The position numbers and the translations under genes are program-made. Of a stretch of 64,000 nucleotides of DNA, positions 49,056 to 61,955 are shown piece by piece. Location: NCBI GenBank assembly GCA_031269245.1, contig JAISZL010000062.1:5016-69015 (forward strand), read 5' to 3'. Below the pieces are notes generated by a model that was not told the DNA's origin, did no database searches, and saw only the letters and a program-made list of their open reading frames with translations. The stretch's first letter is position 1. Each line of letters begins with the position of its first letter. The DNA is from Synergistaceae bacterium (GTDB taxonomy: Bacteria > Synergistota > Synergistia > Synergistales > Synergistaceae).

Positions 49056-50408
49056 TCAAACGAACTGGTAATACGAGAGCCTTGCCCGGCACTCCTCACC
49101 GCCCATCAGACCCGCCATCTCGAACACGCCGGGGCTCACCTTGCGGCCGGAGAGCGCGAGCCGCATTGGCATCGCTATCTCCTTCAGCGAGACCCCGTTC
49201 TCCCCGCACCATTCGCGGGCGAACTCCTCGAGCTTTGCCGCCTCCCAGCCGCTTGTCCCGAACTTGTCGTAGAGCGCCCCGAAAAATTCACGGAGAGTCC
49301 CGCGATGCGGGCCGTCGGTCTCCGACGCGTCGTAGCGGGACTTGACGGGTTCGAAGTCCACGAAGTAGTCGCTGTACTCCGCGAGCTCCCTGGTCGTCCT
49401 GCCGCGCCCGCCCATGAGGGTCAGCGCGTTCTCGGTGTACTCCCTCGGATGCCTCTCATAGCGCAGCCCGAGATCGCGCCAGAAGGGCTCGACCGCCTCC
49501 CTGCGGGCGGCGGGGGACATCGCCTTGAGGTGCTCCTGGTTGACGTAGTTCAGCTTGTCCGTGTCGAACACCGCCGGTTTTTTCGTGACGTTGGAGAGCT
49601 CGAAGGCGCGGGCAGCCAGCTCCCGACCGAATATCTCGACGCCGCCGCCGGGCGTCCAGCCCAGCAGCGCGAGGAAGTTGAACACCGCGTCGGGGAGATA
49701 GCCCATGTCGCTGTACTCGAACACGCTCGTCGCCCCGTGGCGCTTCGACAGCTTTTTCTTGTCGCTCCCCAGTATCATCGGCAGGTGCGCGAATTGCGGC
49801 GTCTCCCAGCCGAGGGCGCGATAGATCAAAATCTGCTTTGGGGTGTTGGCTATGTGGTCCTCCCCGCGTATCACACAGGTGACGCCCATCGAGTGGTCGT
49901 CCACCACGACCGCGAAGTTGTAGGTCGGCATCCCGTCGCTCTTGATGAGCACGATGTCCTTGACCGACCCGTCCTGGTTGACGGAGGATTTTTCGCTGGC
50001 GACGTTTATCGCTCCGTATATGACGTCGTCGAGCAGTATGTTTTCGCCGGACGGGACGCGGAAGATAACGGCTCGGCCATCCATGTAGGCGCGGTCCGAT
50101 CGGACGAGCGCCATAGCGGCCTCCCTGTATCCGTCCATGCGCTCGGACTGCCTGTACGGGCCGTGGTCCCCGCCCTTGTCCGGTCCTTCGTCCCAGTCGA
50201 GCCCGAGCCACCTCATGCCGTCCATGATGGTGCGCTCGTACTCCGCGGTCGAGCGCTCCCTGTCGGTGTCCTCGATGCGAAGGATGAACGATCCCCCCGT
50301 GCGGCGGGCCCACAACCAATTGAAGAGGGCCGTGTGCGCCCCGCCTATGTGAAGCGCGCCGGTTGGGCTCGGCGCGAATCTCACCCTGACTTTTCCGTCT
50401 GCCCCCAT
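49056..50408 (-). CDS. gltX: Glutamate--tRNA ligase
   Basis: RFAPSPTGALHIGG (HIGH variant) and KLSKRHG (KMSKS). Confidence 0.9.
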   Translation of the reverse strand: MGADGKVRVRFAPSPTGALHIGGAHTALFNWLWARRTGGSFILRIEDTDRERSTAEYERTIMDGMRWLGLDWDEGPDKGGDHGPYRQSERMDGYREAAMALVRSDRAYMDGRAVIFRVPSGENILLDDVIYGAINVASEKSSVNQDGSVKDIVLIKSDGMPTYNFAVVVDDHSMGVTCVIRGEDHIANTPKQILIYRALGWETPQFAHLPMILGSDKKKLSKRHGATSVFEYSDMGYLPDAVFNFLALLGWTPGGGVEIFGRELAARAFELSNVTKKPAVFDTDKLNYVNQEHLKAMSPAARREAVEPFWRDLGLRYERHPREYTENALTLMGGRGRTTRELAEYSDYFVDFEPVKSRYDASETDGPHRGTLREFFGALYDKFGTSGWEAAKLEEFAREWCGENGVSLKEIAMPMRLALSGRKVSPGVFEMAGLMGGEECRARLSYYQFV

Positions 50409-50486
50409 TCACATAACCCTCCAAACATCTATAATGGAGAACACTATTTTTTTATTATACCTCAAAAAACTGCGGGGGGTTCCAAT

Positions 50487-53042
50487 ATGGAGGACAATGC
50501 GACAAACTCTGCGAAGGGGATGAGGATTCTGCTGGTCGACGGACACGGTCTGGCCTATCGCGCGTTCTACGCTCTTCCTCCGATGAACGCCCCGGATGGT
50601 GTGCCGACCAACGCCGTGCTGGGTTTTATGAACATGATGCTGAAGGCTCTGAGCGAGTGGTGCCCGGACGGCGTGGCGATATTCTTCGACCCGAAGGGGC
50701 CGACGGAGCGGAAGAAGATGTACGCGGCTTACAAGGAGGGGCGCAGGCCAACGCCCGACGAGTTCAGGGAGCAGATGCCCTACATCGCGGAGCTCTCCTC
50801 GGCGTTGGGATTCCCTGTGTTCACCAGGGACGAGGTCGAGGCCGACGACCTAATCGCGTCCACCGCCGCCGCGTCCGAGCGTGACGGGCACGATCCGCTG
50901 ATACTGTCGGCCGACAAGGACCTGTTCCAGGTCCTTTCCGGCAGGGTGAGGATGGCGCGGCCGACGAAGGGGGTCAGCGAGTTCAAGATGTACGACGCGC
51001 GCGGTTTCGAGGATGAATACGGGTTCCCGCCGGCGGTCATGGCTGACTACCTCGCGCTGGTGGGGGACGCTGTGGACAACATACCGGGCGTCCCAGGCAT
51101 AGGCGACAAGACTGCTCGCGGCATATTGGCGCGATGCGGCTCACTCGACGGGGTATACGGGTCGCTCGGCATCCTTCCGAGGGGCGTCAGGGAAAAGCTG
51201 GAGCGCGGCAGGGAGTCCGCGTACATGAGCTACGCCCTCGTGATCCCGCGGCACACCGAAGCGATACCGCCCGGCGGCATGGTCATGCGAGCCGCGGATG
51301 AGGCTGAGGTAGTAAGGCTGTGCGAGCGGCTGGGCCTGAAAAAACTTCTGGACCGACTGGGCCCGCGGATGAACGATGCCGCGGCGAAAACGCCAGCGGA
51401 GAGCGCTGAAATTCGCGAAAATGTCGAGACCCAGGATAATAACGAAAGGAATATTCCAACGGCCTCCGCCTCGCCGCCCGAGGAGATATTTTCGAACAGG
51501 GAGCTCGCGCTCTGCGGCGACCCGCCTCTCCTGACCGCCAGGGACGGCGGATGGACGGAGTGCGGAGAGGGCGTCGCGGCCCGCCTCGCGGAGTGGCTCG
51601 CTACGGGAGGTAACAATTTGCTGCTCGCTGGCTACAGGGAGTGGTGCGGGAGGATCCCGCGCCTCGCAAACCGCCCGGAGGCCATATTGGACGTGGATCT
51701 AGCGAACTACTTCTTCCACCCTGACGCGAGGCATCCCTTAGGCGAGCTCGACGCTAAGGAGCTCTACGCGCGGTGGGACGGTTTCATGTCGGACGAGCTG
51801 TCGGGCGACATGCTGTCGGTCGCGCGGGAGATCGACGCCCCGCTGACGCCGGTTCTGATGGATCTGCAGAGCCGCGGTCTCCGCGTGGACGTCGAATCCC
51901 TGCGAAGGCTCGACGCGGAGCTGGGGGCGCGGATCGCCCAGATAGAGGGCGAGATATATAGGGTCGCCGGGGGGGCGATCAACCTGAACTCGCCCAAACA
52001 GGTCGGCGAGCTGCTGTTCGAGCGCCTGGCACTGCCGGTCATAAAGCGGACCAAGACCGGGTACTCGACGGACGTGGGGGTGCTGGAGGAGCTGTCGCGG
52101 CTTCCAGATCCGTACAACGAGCTGCCCCTCAAGATGCTGGAGTTCCGCGAGTGCTCCAAGATGTCCTCCGGCTTTGTACAGCCGTTTATAAAACACGCGT
52201 CTGAGTCGCGCGACGGCAGGGTGCACTCGACGTTCCTGCACACCGTGACGGGGACCGCCCGGCTCGCGAGCAGGGATCCAAACGTCCAGAACCTGCCCGT
52301 CTTCGGCGACTGGGCCGTGAAATTCAGAAGGGCCATCGTCCCGAGCGAGCCCGACGGCGTGTTCGTCGCGGCGGATTACTCGCAGATAGAGCTTCGCGTG
52401 CTGGCGCACCTCTCCGGCGAGGAGCGCCTGGCCGACGCCTTTCTGAGGGGACGCGACATACATCTGGAGACGGCGTCCCTAGTCTTCGACATGAGCCCGG
52501 AGGATATAACGCCGGAGCAGAGGCGTTTCGCCAAGACCGTCAACTTCGGCCTCATCTACGGAATGGGCGCTCATGGGCTTGCGTCCCGCATGGGCATAGA
52601 GCGGGGGCAGGCCGCGAAGTTCGTCGAGAGGTATTTCTCCGTCCTGCCGAGGGTGAAGGCCTACCTCGACAGGAGCGCGAAGGACGCGCGCGCCGCGGGG
52701 CATACGCGCTCGATATTCGGGCGCATCCGCCCGCTGGCGGAGGTGTCGACGACGGAGGGCAGAGGAGGGTCTTCCATCGACAGGGTCGCCGTGAACACCC
52801 CCATACAGAGCGCGGCGGCCGACATAGCGAAGATAGCCATGATAAGGTTGAGCGAGGCGCTCCGGGGCGACACGGACACCCGCCTCGTCCTTCAGGTCCA
52901 CGACTCCCTGGTGTGCGAAACCAGAGAGCGGAGAGCCGATGAGATAGAGGCTCTGCTCGTTCGGACCATGGAGGGCGTGTGCCGCATAGACATACCGCTC
53001 AAGGCCGACCCCAAAAGAGACCGGTCCCTCGAGGGCGTGTGA
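50487..53042 (+). CDS. polA: DNA polymerase I
   Basis: 5' nuclease start ILLVDGHGLAYRAFYALP. Pol motifs RRFAKTVNFGLIYGM and QVHDSLV. The ORF upstream of ATG 50487 is antisense to gltX. Confidence 0.95.
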   Translation: MEDNATNSAKGMRILLVDGHGLAYRAFYALPPMNAPDGVPTNAVLGFMNMMLKALSEWCPDGVAIFFDPKGPTERKKMYAAYKEGRRPTPDEFREQMPYIAELSSALGFPVFTRDEVEADDLIASTAAASERDGHDPLILSADKDLFQVLSGRVRMARPTKGVSEFKMYDARGFEDEYGFPPAVMADYLALVGDAVDNIPGVPGIGDKTARGILARCGSLDGVYGSLGILPRGVREKLERGRESAYMSYALVIPRHTEAIPPGGMVMRAADEAEVVRLCERLGLKKLLDRLGPRMNDAAAKTPAESAEIRENVETQDNNERNIPTASASPPEEIFSNRELALCGDPPLLTARDGGWTECGEGVAARLAEWLATGGNNLLLAGYREWCGRIPRLANRPEAILDVDLANYFFHPDARHPLGELDAKELYARWDGFMSDELSGDMLSVAREIDAPLTPVLMDLQSRGLRVDVESLRRLDAELGARIAQIEGEIYRVAGGAINLNSPKQVGELLFERLALPVIKRTKTGYSTDVGVLEELSRLPDPYNELPLKMLEFRECSKMSSGFVQPFIKHASESRDGRVHSTFLHTVTGTARLASRDPNVQNLPVFGDWAVKFRRAIVPSEPDGVFVAADYSQIELRVLAHLSGEERLADAFLRGRDIHLETASLVFDMSPEDITPEQRRFAKTVNFGLIYGMGAHGLASRMGIERGQAAKFVERYFSVLPRVKAYLDRSAKDARAAGHTRSIFGRIRPLAEVSTTEGRGGSSIDRVAVNTPIQSAAADIAKIAMIRLSEALRGDTDTRLVLQVHDSLVCETRERRADEIEALLVRTMEGVCRIDIPLKADPKRDRSLEGV

Positions 53043-53122
53043 CGCTGGTTTGCCATTTGAGAAAATAATGATGTAGAATAGCGATTATTCTAAATATATA
53101 GGCTTATGGGAGGAATCATCGG

Positions 53123-56690
<3,568 letters not shown>

Positions 56691-56716
56691 AGGAGCGTGG
56701 GGTTCCACCCCACACC

Positions 56717-56741
56717 CCGGCAGGGAACTCGTTCCCCGCGC
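56717..56741 (+). repeat. Copy 2 of the short palindromic repeat CCGGCAGGGAACTCGTTCCCCGCGC
   Basis: Internal inverted repeat GGGAAC-TC-GTTCCC. Sits between the ligA stop and the gatC start. Confidence 0.75.
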
Positions 56742-56777
56742 CCTTTTTGGGAAAATAGGGAGGAATGCCAATTGAAA

Positions 56778-57071
56778 ATGACAGTTGATAGAGAGGTAAC
56801 GCTCCGAATGGCACGGGCCGCTCAGATACGCTTGGCGCCCGAGGATGTGGACCGCATGATGGACTCGATAAACGACATACTGTCGTTTTGCGCGCTGGTC
56901 GGTGATCTGGACTGCGCGGACACGCCGGACTTCACATGGAGGATGAAGAAACTTCCGTCGAGACGGCTCGACGAGGCTGGGGATTGGGCGGACAGGGACC
57001 GCTTCAAGTCCATGTCCCCGACGATGGAGGGGGATTTCTTCCGTGTCCCCCGCATACACGCGGAGGACTGA
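56778..57071 (+). CDS. gatC: Glu/Asp-tRNA amidotransferase subunit C
   Basis: 97 aa. VTLRMARAAQIRLAPEDVDRMMDSINDIL pattern. Immediately upstream of gatA. Confidence 0.85.
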   Translation: MTVDREVTLRMARAAQIRLAPEDVDRMMDSINDILSFCALVGDLDCADTPDFTWRMKKLPSRRLDEAGDWADRDRFKSMSPTMEGDFFRVPRIHAED

Positions 57072-57074
57072 CCA

Positions 57075-58556
57075 GTGGAAATCTACGAGATGACAGCTAG
57101 TGAGACCGCGGAGGGGATAAAGGCCGGGAGGTTCAGCGCCGTGGAGGCGGCGAGGTGCGGCCTGAGCCGCATAGCGAAGTTCGACGGCGAGGTGAACGCG
57201 TGCGTCACGGTGACAGAGGAACACGCCATCGCGACCGCCCGCAGGGTCGACGGGATGATCGCCAGGGGCGAGGACCCGGGACCGCTCGCCGGGGTGCCGT
57301 ACATCGCCAAGGACAACTTCTGCACGAAGGGGATCAGGACGACGTGCAGCAGCAGGATACTGGAGAACTGGATTCCGACGTACAACGCCTCGGCGATAAA
57401 TTTCATGAACGGAGCCGGGGCTGTGCTGATAGCGAAGTCGAACCTCGACGAGTTCGCGATGGGCAGCTCCACTGAGAACTCCATAATAGGTCCGACGAAG
57501 AACCCGCGCGACCTCGGACGCGTCCCCGGCGGCAGCAGCGGAGGCAGCGCGGCCTCGGTCGCGGCGGGATACGTGCCGCTCGCGCTCGGGTCGGACACCG
57601 GCGGGTCCGTCAGACAGCCGGCGGCGTTCTGCGGCATACAGGGGATGAAGCCGTCATATGGGGAGGTCAGCAGGTTCGGGATAGTTGCCTACGCGTCCGC
57701 GCTCGACCAGGTCAGCCCCCTCGCGCGCACCGTCGGCGACCTAGCGATGGCGCTTAACGTGATAGCGCGCCCAGACCCGAACGACACCACGTGCGACGCG
57801 TATGATCGGCCGGATTTCGCCGCATCCCTTGCGATGCGGGACCTCAGGGGGAAGAGGATAGGGGTGTTCGCCGGTTTCGAGGCGGAGCAGATGGACGCGG
57901 AGCTTTACGGCGCGCTGACCAAGGCGGCCGCTCTGTGCGAGGCCGCCGGAGCGACGGTCGAGCCGATAGACCTCCCGATAGCGGTCAAGTACGGCGTGGC
58001 CACGTACTACGTGACGGCGCTCGCTGACGCGAGCTCCAAGCTCGGCTGCTTCGACGGGATCAGGTACGGCACACACATCGACGGTCCGACGCTCACCGAC
58101 ATGTACGCCAATACCCGGACGGCGTCCTTCAGCGAGGAGGTCAGGCGCAGGATAATACTCGGCACGTGCCTTCTCACGGAGGGCTTCTATCAGAACTACT
58201 ACGGTCCAGCGCTGAAGGTGCGCACCAAGATGGCGATGGAGTTCGAGGAGCTGTTCAGCAGGATAGACGCCTATCTCCTCCCGACCTCGCCGTCCATGCC
58301 GTACCCCATGGGCACGAAGGAGACCGACCCGACGCGGCTCTACCTGGGCGACATATTCACGGTGCCGATCAGCCTCGGCGGGCTGCCAGGGATAAACATA
58401 TGCATGGGCTTCACGCCGGACGATCTGCCTCTCTCTGTGCAGCTCGTCGGGCCGAGGTACGGCGACGCGAGCCTGTTGGGGATAGCCGGCGTAATAGAGC
58501 GGGTGGTGGGCCGCCCCGGTGCGGCCGCGCCGCGCAAGCTGGAGGAGGTGAGGTAG
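57075..58556 (+). CDS. gatA: Glu/Asp-tRNA amidotransferase subunit A
   Basis: Amidase signature GGSSGGSAASVAAG...GSDTGGSVRQPAAFCG. Confidence 0.95.
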   Translation: MEIYEMTASETAEGIKAGRFSAVEAARCGLSRIAKFDGEVNACVTVTEEHAIATARRVDGMIARGEDPGPLAGVPYIAKDNFCTKGIRTTCSSRILENWIPTYNASAINFMNGAGAVLIAKSNLDEFAMGSSTENSIIGPTKNPRDLGRVPGGSSGGSAASVAAGYVPLALGSDTGGSVRQPAAFCGIQGMKPSYGEVSRFGIVAYASALDQVSPLARTVGDLAMALNVIARPDPNDTTCDAYDRPDFAASLAMRDLRGKRIGVFAGFEAEQMDAELYGALTKAAALCEAAGATVEPIDLPIAVKYGVATYYVTALADASSKLGCFDGIRYGTHIDGPTLTDMYANTRTASFSEEVRRRIILGTCLLTEGFYQNYYGPALKVRTKMAMEFEELFSRIDAYLLPTSPSMPYPMGTKETDPTRLYLGDIFTVPISLGGLPGINICMGFTPDDLPLSVQLVGPRYGDASLLGIAGVIERVVGRPGAAAPRKLEEVR

Positions 58557-60056
58557 ATGGCGGACTCTCCGCTCTCTTCGAAAAATTCCGCGGCCGCCAA
58601 ACGCCCCGTCGTAATAGGGCTGGAGGTTCACATACAGCTCAACACAAAGACGAAGCTCTTCTGCCCGTGTTCGACTGACTACATCGGCAGGACGCCTAAC
58701 ACCAACGTCTGCCCGATATGCCTGGCCGTGCCCGGCACGCTGCCGCTCCTGAATGACCTAGCGGTGGCGCTGGGTTCGAGGATGGGCCTCGGGCTTCACT
58801 GCGAGATACAGAACTACTCAAACTTCCACAGGAAGAACTACTTTTACCCGGACCTGTCGAAGGCCTACCAGATAACGCAGTACGGCCTCACCATCGCGGT
58901 CGGCGGCTACATAGACATCGAGCCGGAGGGCCGCCCGAAGAGGGTCAGGGTGCATCATCTGCACCTGGAGGAGGACGCCGGCAAGCTCGTCCATCCGACC
59001 GCCGACGGGCGCCTGACCGGCGCCGCGTACTCGCTGGTGGACTACAACAGAGGGGGCGTGCCGCTCTCCGAGATAGTGTCCGAGCCCGATATGTCGTCGC
59101 CCGCCGAGGCCAGGGACTACGTGATAAGGCTTCGCCAGCTCGCGCGGTATCTCGACGTGTCGGACGGCGAGATGGAGTCCGGGTCGCTCAGGGTCGACGC
59201 CAATATATCGCTCTCGAACCCGGACGGTTCGCTCGGCACGAGGGTCGAGATAAAGAACATGAACTCCCTAAAATCGCTGGAGCGCGCGCTGGAGTACGAA
59301 ATATCGCGCCAGAACAAGGTGCTGGACTCCGGCGGCAGGATAGTGCAGGAGACCCGCCTCTGGGACGACGCCGAGGAGGTCACTCGCTCGATGCGCAGCA
59401 AGGAGACCGCGTCCGACTACAGGTACTATCCGGAGATGGACCTGGCGCCGATAGTCATAACGGATGAACAGATAGAGGACTTCAAGCGCGCGATGCCAGA
59501 GCTGCCGTGGGAGAAGCGCGAGCGCTTCGCGCGCGAGTTCGGTCTCTCCGGTGAGGAGGTGGCGATCCTGACCGAGCAGAAGGAGCTGGCGCGGTACTAC
59601 GAGGAGACGATAGCCGCCGGCGCCCCGCCGGCGCGCGCCGCGAACTGGGTGCGCATGGAGGTTCTGAGGGTGCTGAACGAGACCGGGACGAGCATCTCGG
59701 ACTTTCCTCTAGGGCCATCCGTACTGGCGGAACTCGTGAAGAAGGTCGAGAGCAAGGAGCTGTCGAGCACGATAGCGAAGGACATACTGGACACGCTGTC
59801 GCGCGAGGACATCACCCTTGATGAGGCGGTAAAACGCTCCGGCGCGTCCGCCGTCCGCCTGACCGGATGCCTGCTCGACGAGGTGGTGGACAGGATATGC
59901 GCGGCGAACCCCGGCGTGGTGGAGACGATCAAATCCGGCCGGGATAAGAAAGGCGGTAAGATGAAGTTCCTTCAGGGTCTCGTGATGAAGGAGACGAGGG
60001 GGCAGGCGGACCCGTCCGAGGCTGCGGGCTCGCTGTCCAAAAAACTGGGAGCGTGA
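58557..60056 (+). CDS. gatB: Glu/Asp-tRNA amidotransferase subunit B
   Basis: VIGLEVHIQLNTKTKLFC, LHLEEDAGK, C-terminal YqeY-like tail. Confidence 0.95.
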   Translation: MADSPLSSKNSAAAKRPVVIGLEVHIQLNTKTKLFCPCSTDYIGRTPNTNVCPICLAVPGTLPLLNDLAVALGSRMGLGLHCEIQNYSNFHRKNYFYPDLSKAYQITQYGLTIAVGGYIDIEPEGRPKRVRVHHLHLEEDAGKLVHPTADGRLTGAAYSLVDYNRGGVPLSEIVSEPDMSSPAEARDYVIRLRQLARYLDVSDGEMESGSLRVDANISLSNPDGSLGTRVEIKNMNSLKSLERALEYEISRQNKVLDSGGRIVQETRLWDDAEEVTRSMRSKETASDYRYYPEMDLAPIVITDEQIEDFKRAMPELPWEKRERFAREFGLSGEEVAILTEQKELARYYEETIAAGAPPARAANWVRMEVLRVLNETGTSISDFPLGPSVLAELVKKVESKELSSTIAKDILDTLSREDITLDEAVKRSGASAVRLTGCLLDEVVDRICAANPGVVETIKSGRDKKGGKMKFLQGLVMKETRGQADPSEAAGSLSKKLGA

Positions 60057-60093
60057 TCTTTAGGGAGACGCTGAGAAGATCCGATTCCAGCGA

Positions 60094-60156
60094 TTCATAC
60101 CACTTCGCAATGGACACATCATTAACGTCATATTGAAATCGGATTGGTATCGATGG
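60094..60156 (+). repeat. Copy D of the ATACCAATT-type repeat (degenerate deletion derivative)
   Basis: TTCATACCACTTCGC ... TTGAAATCGGATTGGTATCGATGG parallels both ends of copy B. Confidence 0.55.
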
Positions 60157-60244
60157 TTCAGGAGGCCGCTTGTTATTTGAGCGGCCTCCTGAACGAGACG
60201 CCCCCCTCAAACCGCAGGATCAAAACCGCGGGCGCTGCCCGCAC

Positions 60245-60269
60245 CCGGCATGGAACTAGTTCCCCGCAC
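60245..60269 (+). repeat. Copy 3 of the short palindromic repeat (CCGGCATGGAACTAGTTCCCCGCAC)
   Basis: 3 mismatches to 56717-56741, with similar pyrimidine-rich flanks. Confidence 0.7.
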
Positions 60270-60404
60270 CCTTTCCCTATTTTTTATTTTCACCCGCAGG
60301 GTGAAAACAAAAAAATCAAACGGGGTCAAGGGGACTCAAGTCCCCTTGCGGGGTTCGGGGCAGAGCCTCGAGGTCTTGTTTGTGGTTTTGGGAGCCCTTG
60401 GTTC

Positions 60405-60505
60405 ATACCAATTCGCGGTCAACAGGCTGTTTTTGACAAGGCTGAATGGCTGATCAAACCTGTTTTAACGCTTCACCCTTTAGGCCTTTGATTTCAAATT
60501 GGTAT
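60405..60505 (+). repeat. Copy B: full-length (101 nt) MITE-like structured repeat
   Basis: Perfect 9-bp terminal inverted repeats ATACCAATT / AATTGGTAT. Internal stems GTCAA...TTGAC and AACAGG...CCTGTT. Confidence 0.8.
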
Positions 60506-60576
60506 CAGTTGGAGAAGGGGGGGGAACTCATGCTACAATGAACATCATTTTTTTGAAGGTGCGTTGTCCAGAATTC

Positions 60577-61917
60577 ATGAGCTCAAACGCCAAATCGAAG
60601 TACGACCTCACCGAAGGCCGGATATTGGACAAACTGCTCTTAGTCGCGCTGCCCATAATAGGTACGCAGCTTCTCCTCATGAGCTACAACCTCATCGATA
60701 TGTTCCTGCTGGGGCGCGTCAGCAGCGATGCGGTCGCGTCGTCGGGGATAGCGGGGATGTACGTGTGGATGTCGGAGGGGTTTCTTCTCATCGGTAAAAT
60801 GGGGGCGGAGATAGGGGTCGCGCAGAATTTAGGCAGGCAGGACGCGGCGCGCGCCGAAAGTTTCGCCAGAAACTCGATCTGCCTGGCGCTGTTGGTAGGG
60901 CTGATATACGGCGCGACGGTCGTCGCTTTCTCCAAAAACCTGATAGGCTTCTTTCGCGTGAGTGAGGAGTCCGTCTCCGCCGGGGCGCGGACATACCTTG
61001 TCATCGTGGGGCTCGCGGTCCCGGCGGTCTTCGTGGCTGGCGCCATCGCGGGGGTTTTTACAGGCGCTGGCAACTCACGGGCTCCGTTCGCGATAAATTC
61101 CCTGGGGCTCGTCCTGAACGTGGTACTGGACGTGTTTTTCATCTTCAAGCTGCGCATGGGGGTCGCTGGCGCGGCTGCGGCGACTTCGATTTCGCAGGCC
61201 GTCGTGTGCGCCGTATCGGTGGCGGCGATGAAGCGAAAGAGGGACCGCCCGTTCGAGAGGTTTTCGTTTTTCGAAAAACCAGACGCGGAAGTCATCATCG
61301 CCATTCTCAAGTGGACGGCGCCCCTCGCGCTGGTCAATTTTCTGTTCACGTTTTTCACCATGTTCATATCTAGACTCGCCGCCGGGTTCGGGGCGGGGGC
61401 CATCGCCGTTTGCAAGGTCGGAAGTCAGATAGAGTCGATCTGCTGGCTGACGGGGGAAGGGATAGCCACCTCCGTCGCCGCCTTCGTAGGGCAAAATTAC
61501 GGCGCGATGAAATTGGAGCGCATAAAGGGGGGCGTGAAAATAGCGCTCCTGTCATGGTGCTCCTGGGGCGCGGTCGTCGCTGTCATCCTCATGACGCTGG
61601 GGCGCCCGGTCTTTCGCTTCTTTCTGCCCGACCCGTCGCTCACAGAAATGGGAGCGTCCTTCCTGAGGATATTGGCCCTGTGCGAGATATTCGGATGCCT
61701 CGAGGCGATTTCATTCGGGTCGATGCGAGGCCTGGGCCGGACGATCCCCCAGTTTGTGGTTAGCATAGCCTGCAACGCACTTCGAATACCGATAGCGAGC
61801 TTCCTGGCTGGCGTTTTCGGAGTCAACGGCGTGTGGATGGGCATAGCGATAACCGCGTCCATGAGAGGTTTTTTCGCGTACATATGGTTTCTGAGAGAGC
61901 TGAAACGCTTGAAATAA
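60577..61917 (+). CDS. MATE-family efflux transporter
   Basis: 12-TM protein. N-terminus DLTEGRILDKLLLVALPIIGTQLLLMSYNLIDMFLLGRV is typical of MATE. Confidence 0.85.
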   Translation: MSSNAKSKYDLTEGRILDKLLLVALPIIGTQLLLMSYNLIDMFLLGRVSSDAVASSGIAGMYVWMSEGFLLIGKMGAEIGVAQNLGRQDAARAESFARNSICLALLVGLIYGATVVAFSKNLIGFFRVSEESVSAGARTYLVIVGLAVPAVFVAGAIAGVFTGAGNSRAPFAINSLGLVLNVVLDVFFIFKLRMGVAGAAAATSISQAVVCAVSVAAMKRKRDRPFERFSFFEKPDAEVIIAILKWTAPLALVNFLFTFFTMFISRLAAGFGAGAIAVCKVGSQIESICWLTGEGIATSVAAFVGQNYGAMKLERIKGGVKIALLSWCSWGAVVAVILMTLGRPVFRFFLPDPSLTEMGASFLRILALCEIFGCLEAISFGSMRGLGRTIPQFVVSIACNALRIPIASFLAGVFGVNGVWMGIAITASMRGFFAYIWFLRELKRLK

Positions 61918-61955
61918 TGCTATAACCAAACCCTCCCTTACGGGGGTGTCCCTCC

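Noticed and set aside
49305-50486. 394-codon N-terminal extension of the polA ORF (the track gives 1245 aa)
   Set aside because: The extension is antisense to gltX and has shadow-frame composition. The 5' nuclease domain of Pol I begins right after ATG 50487, which lies in the gltX-polA divergent spacer.
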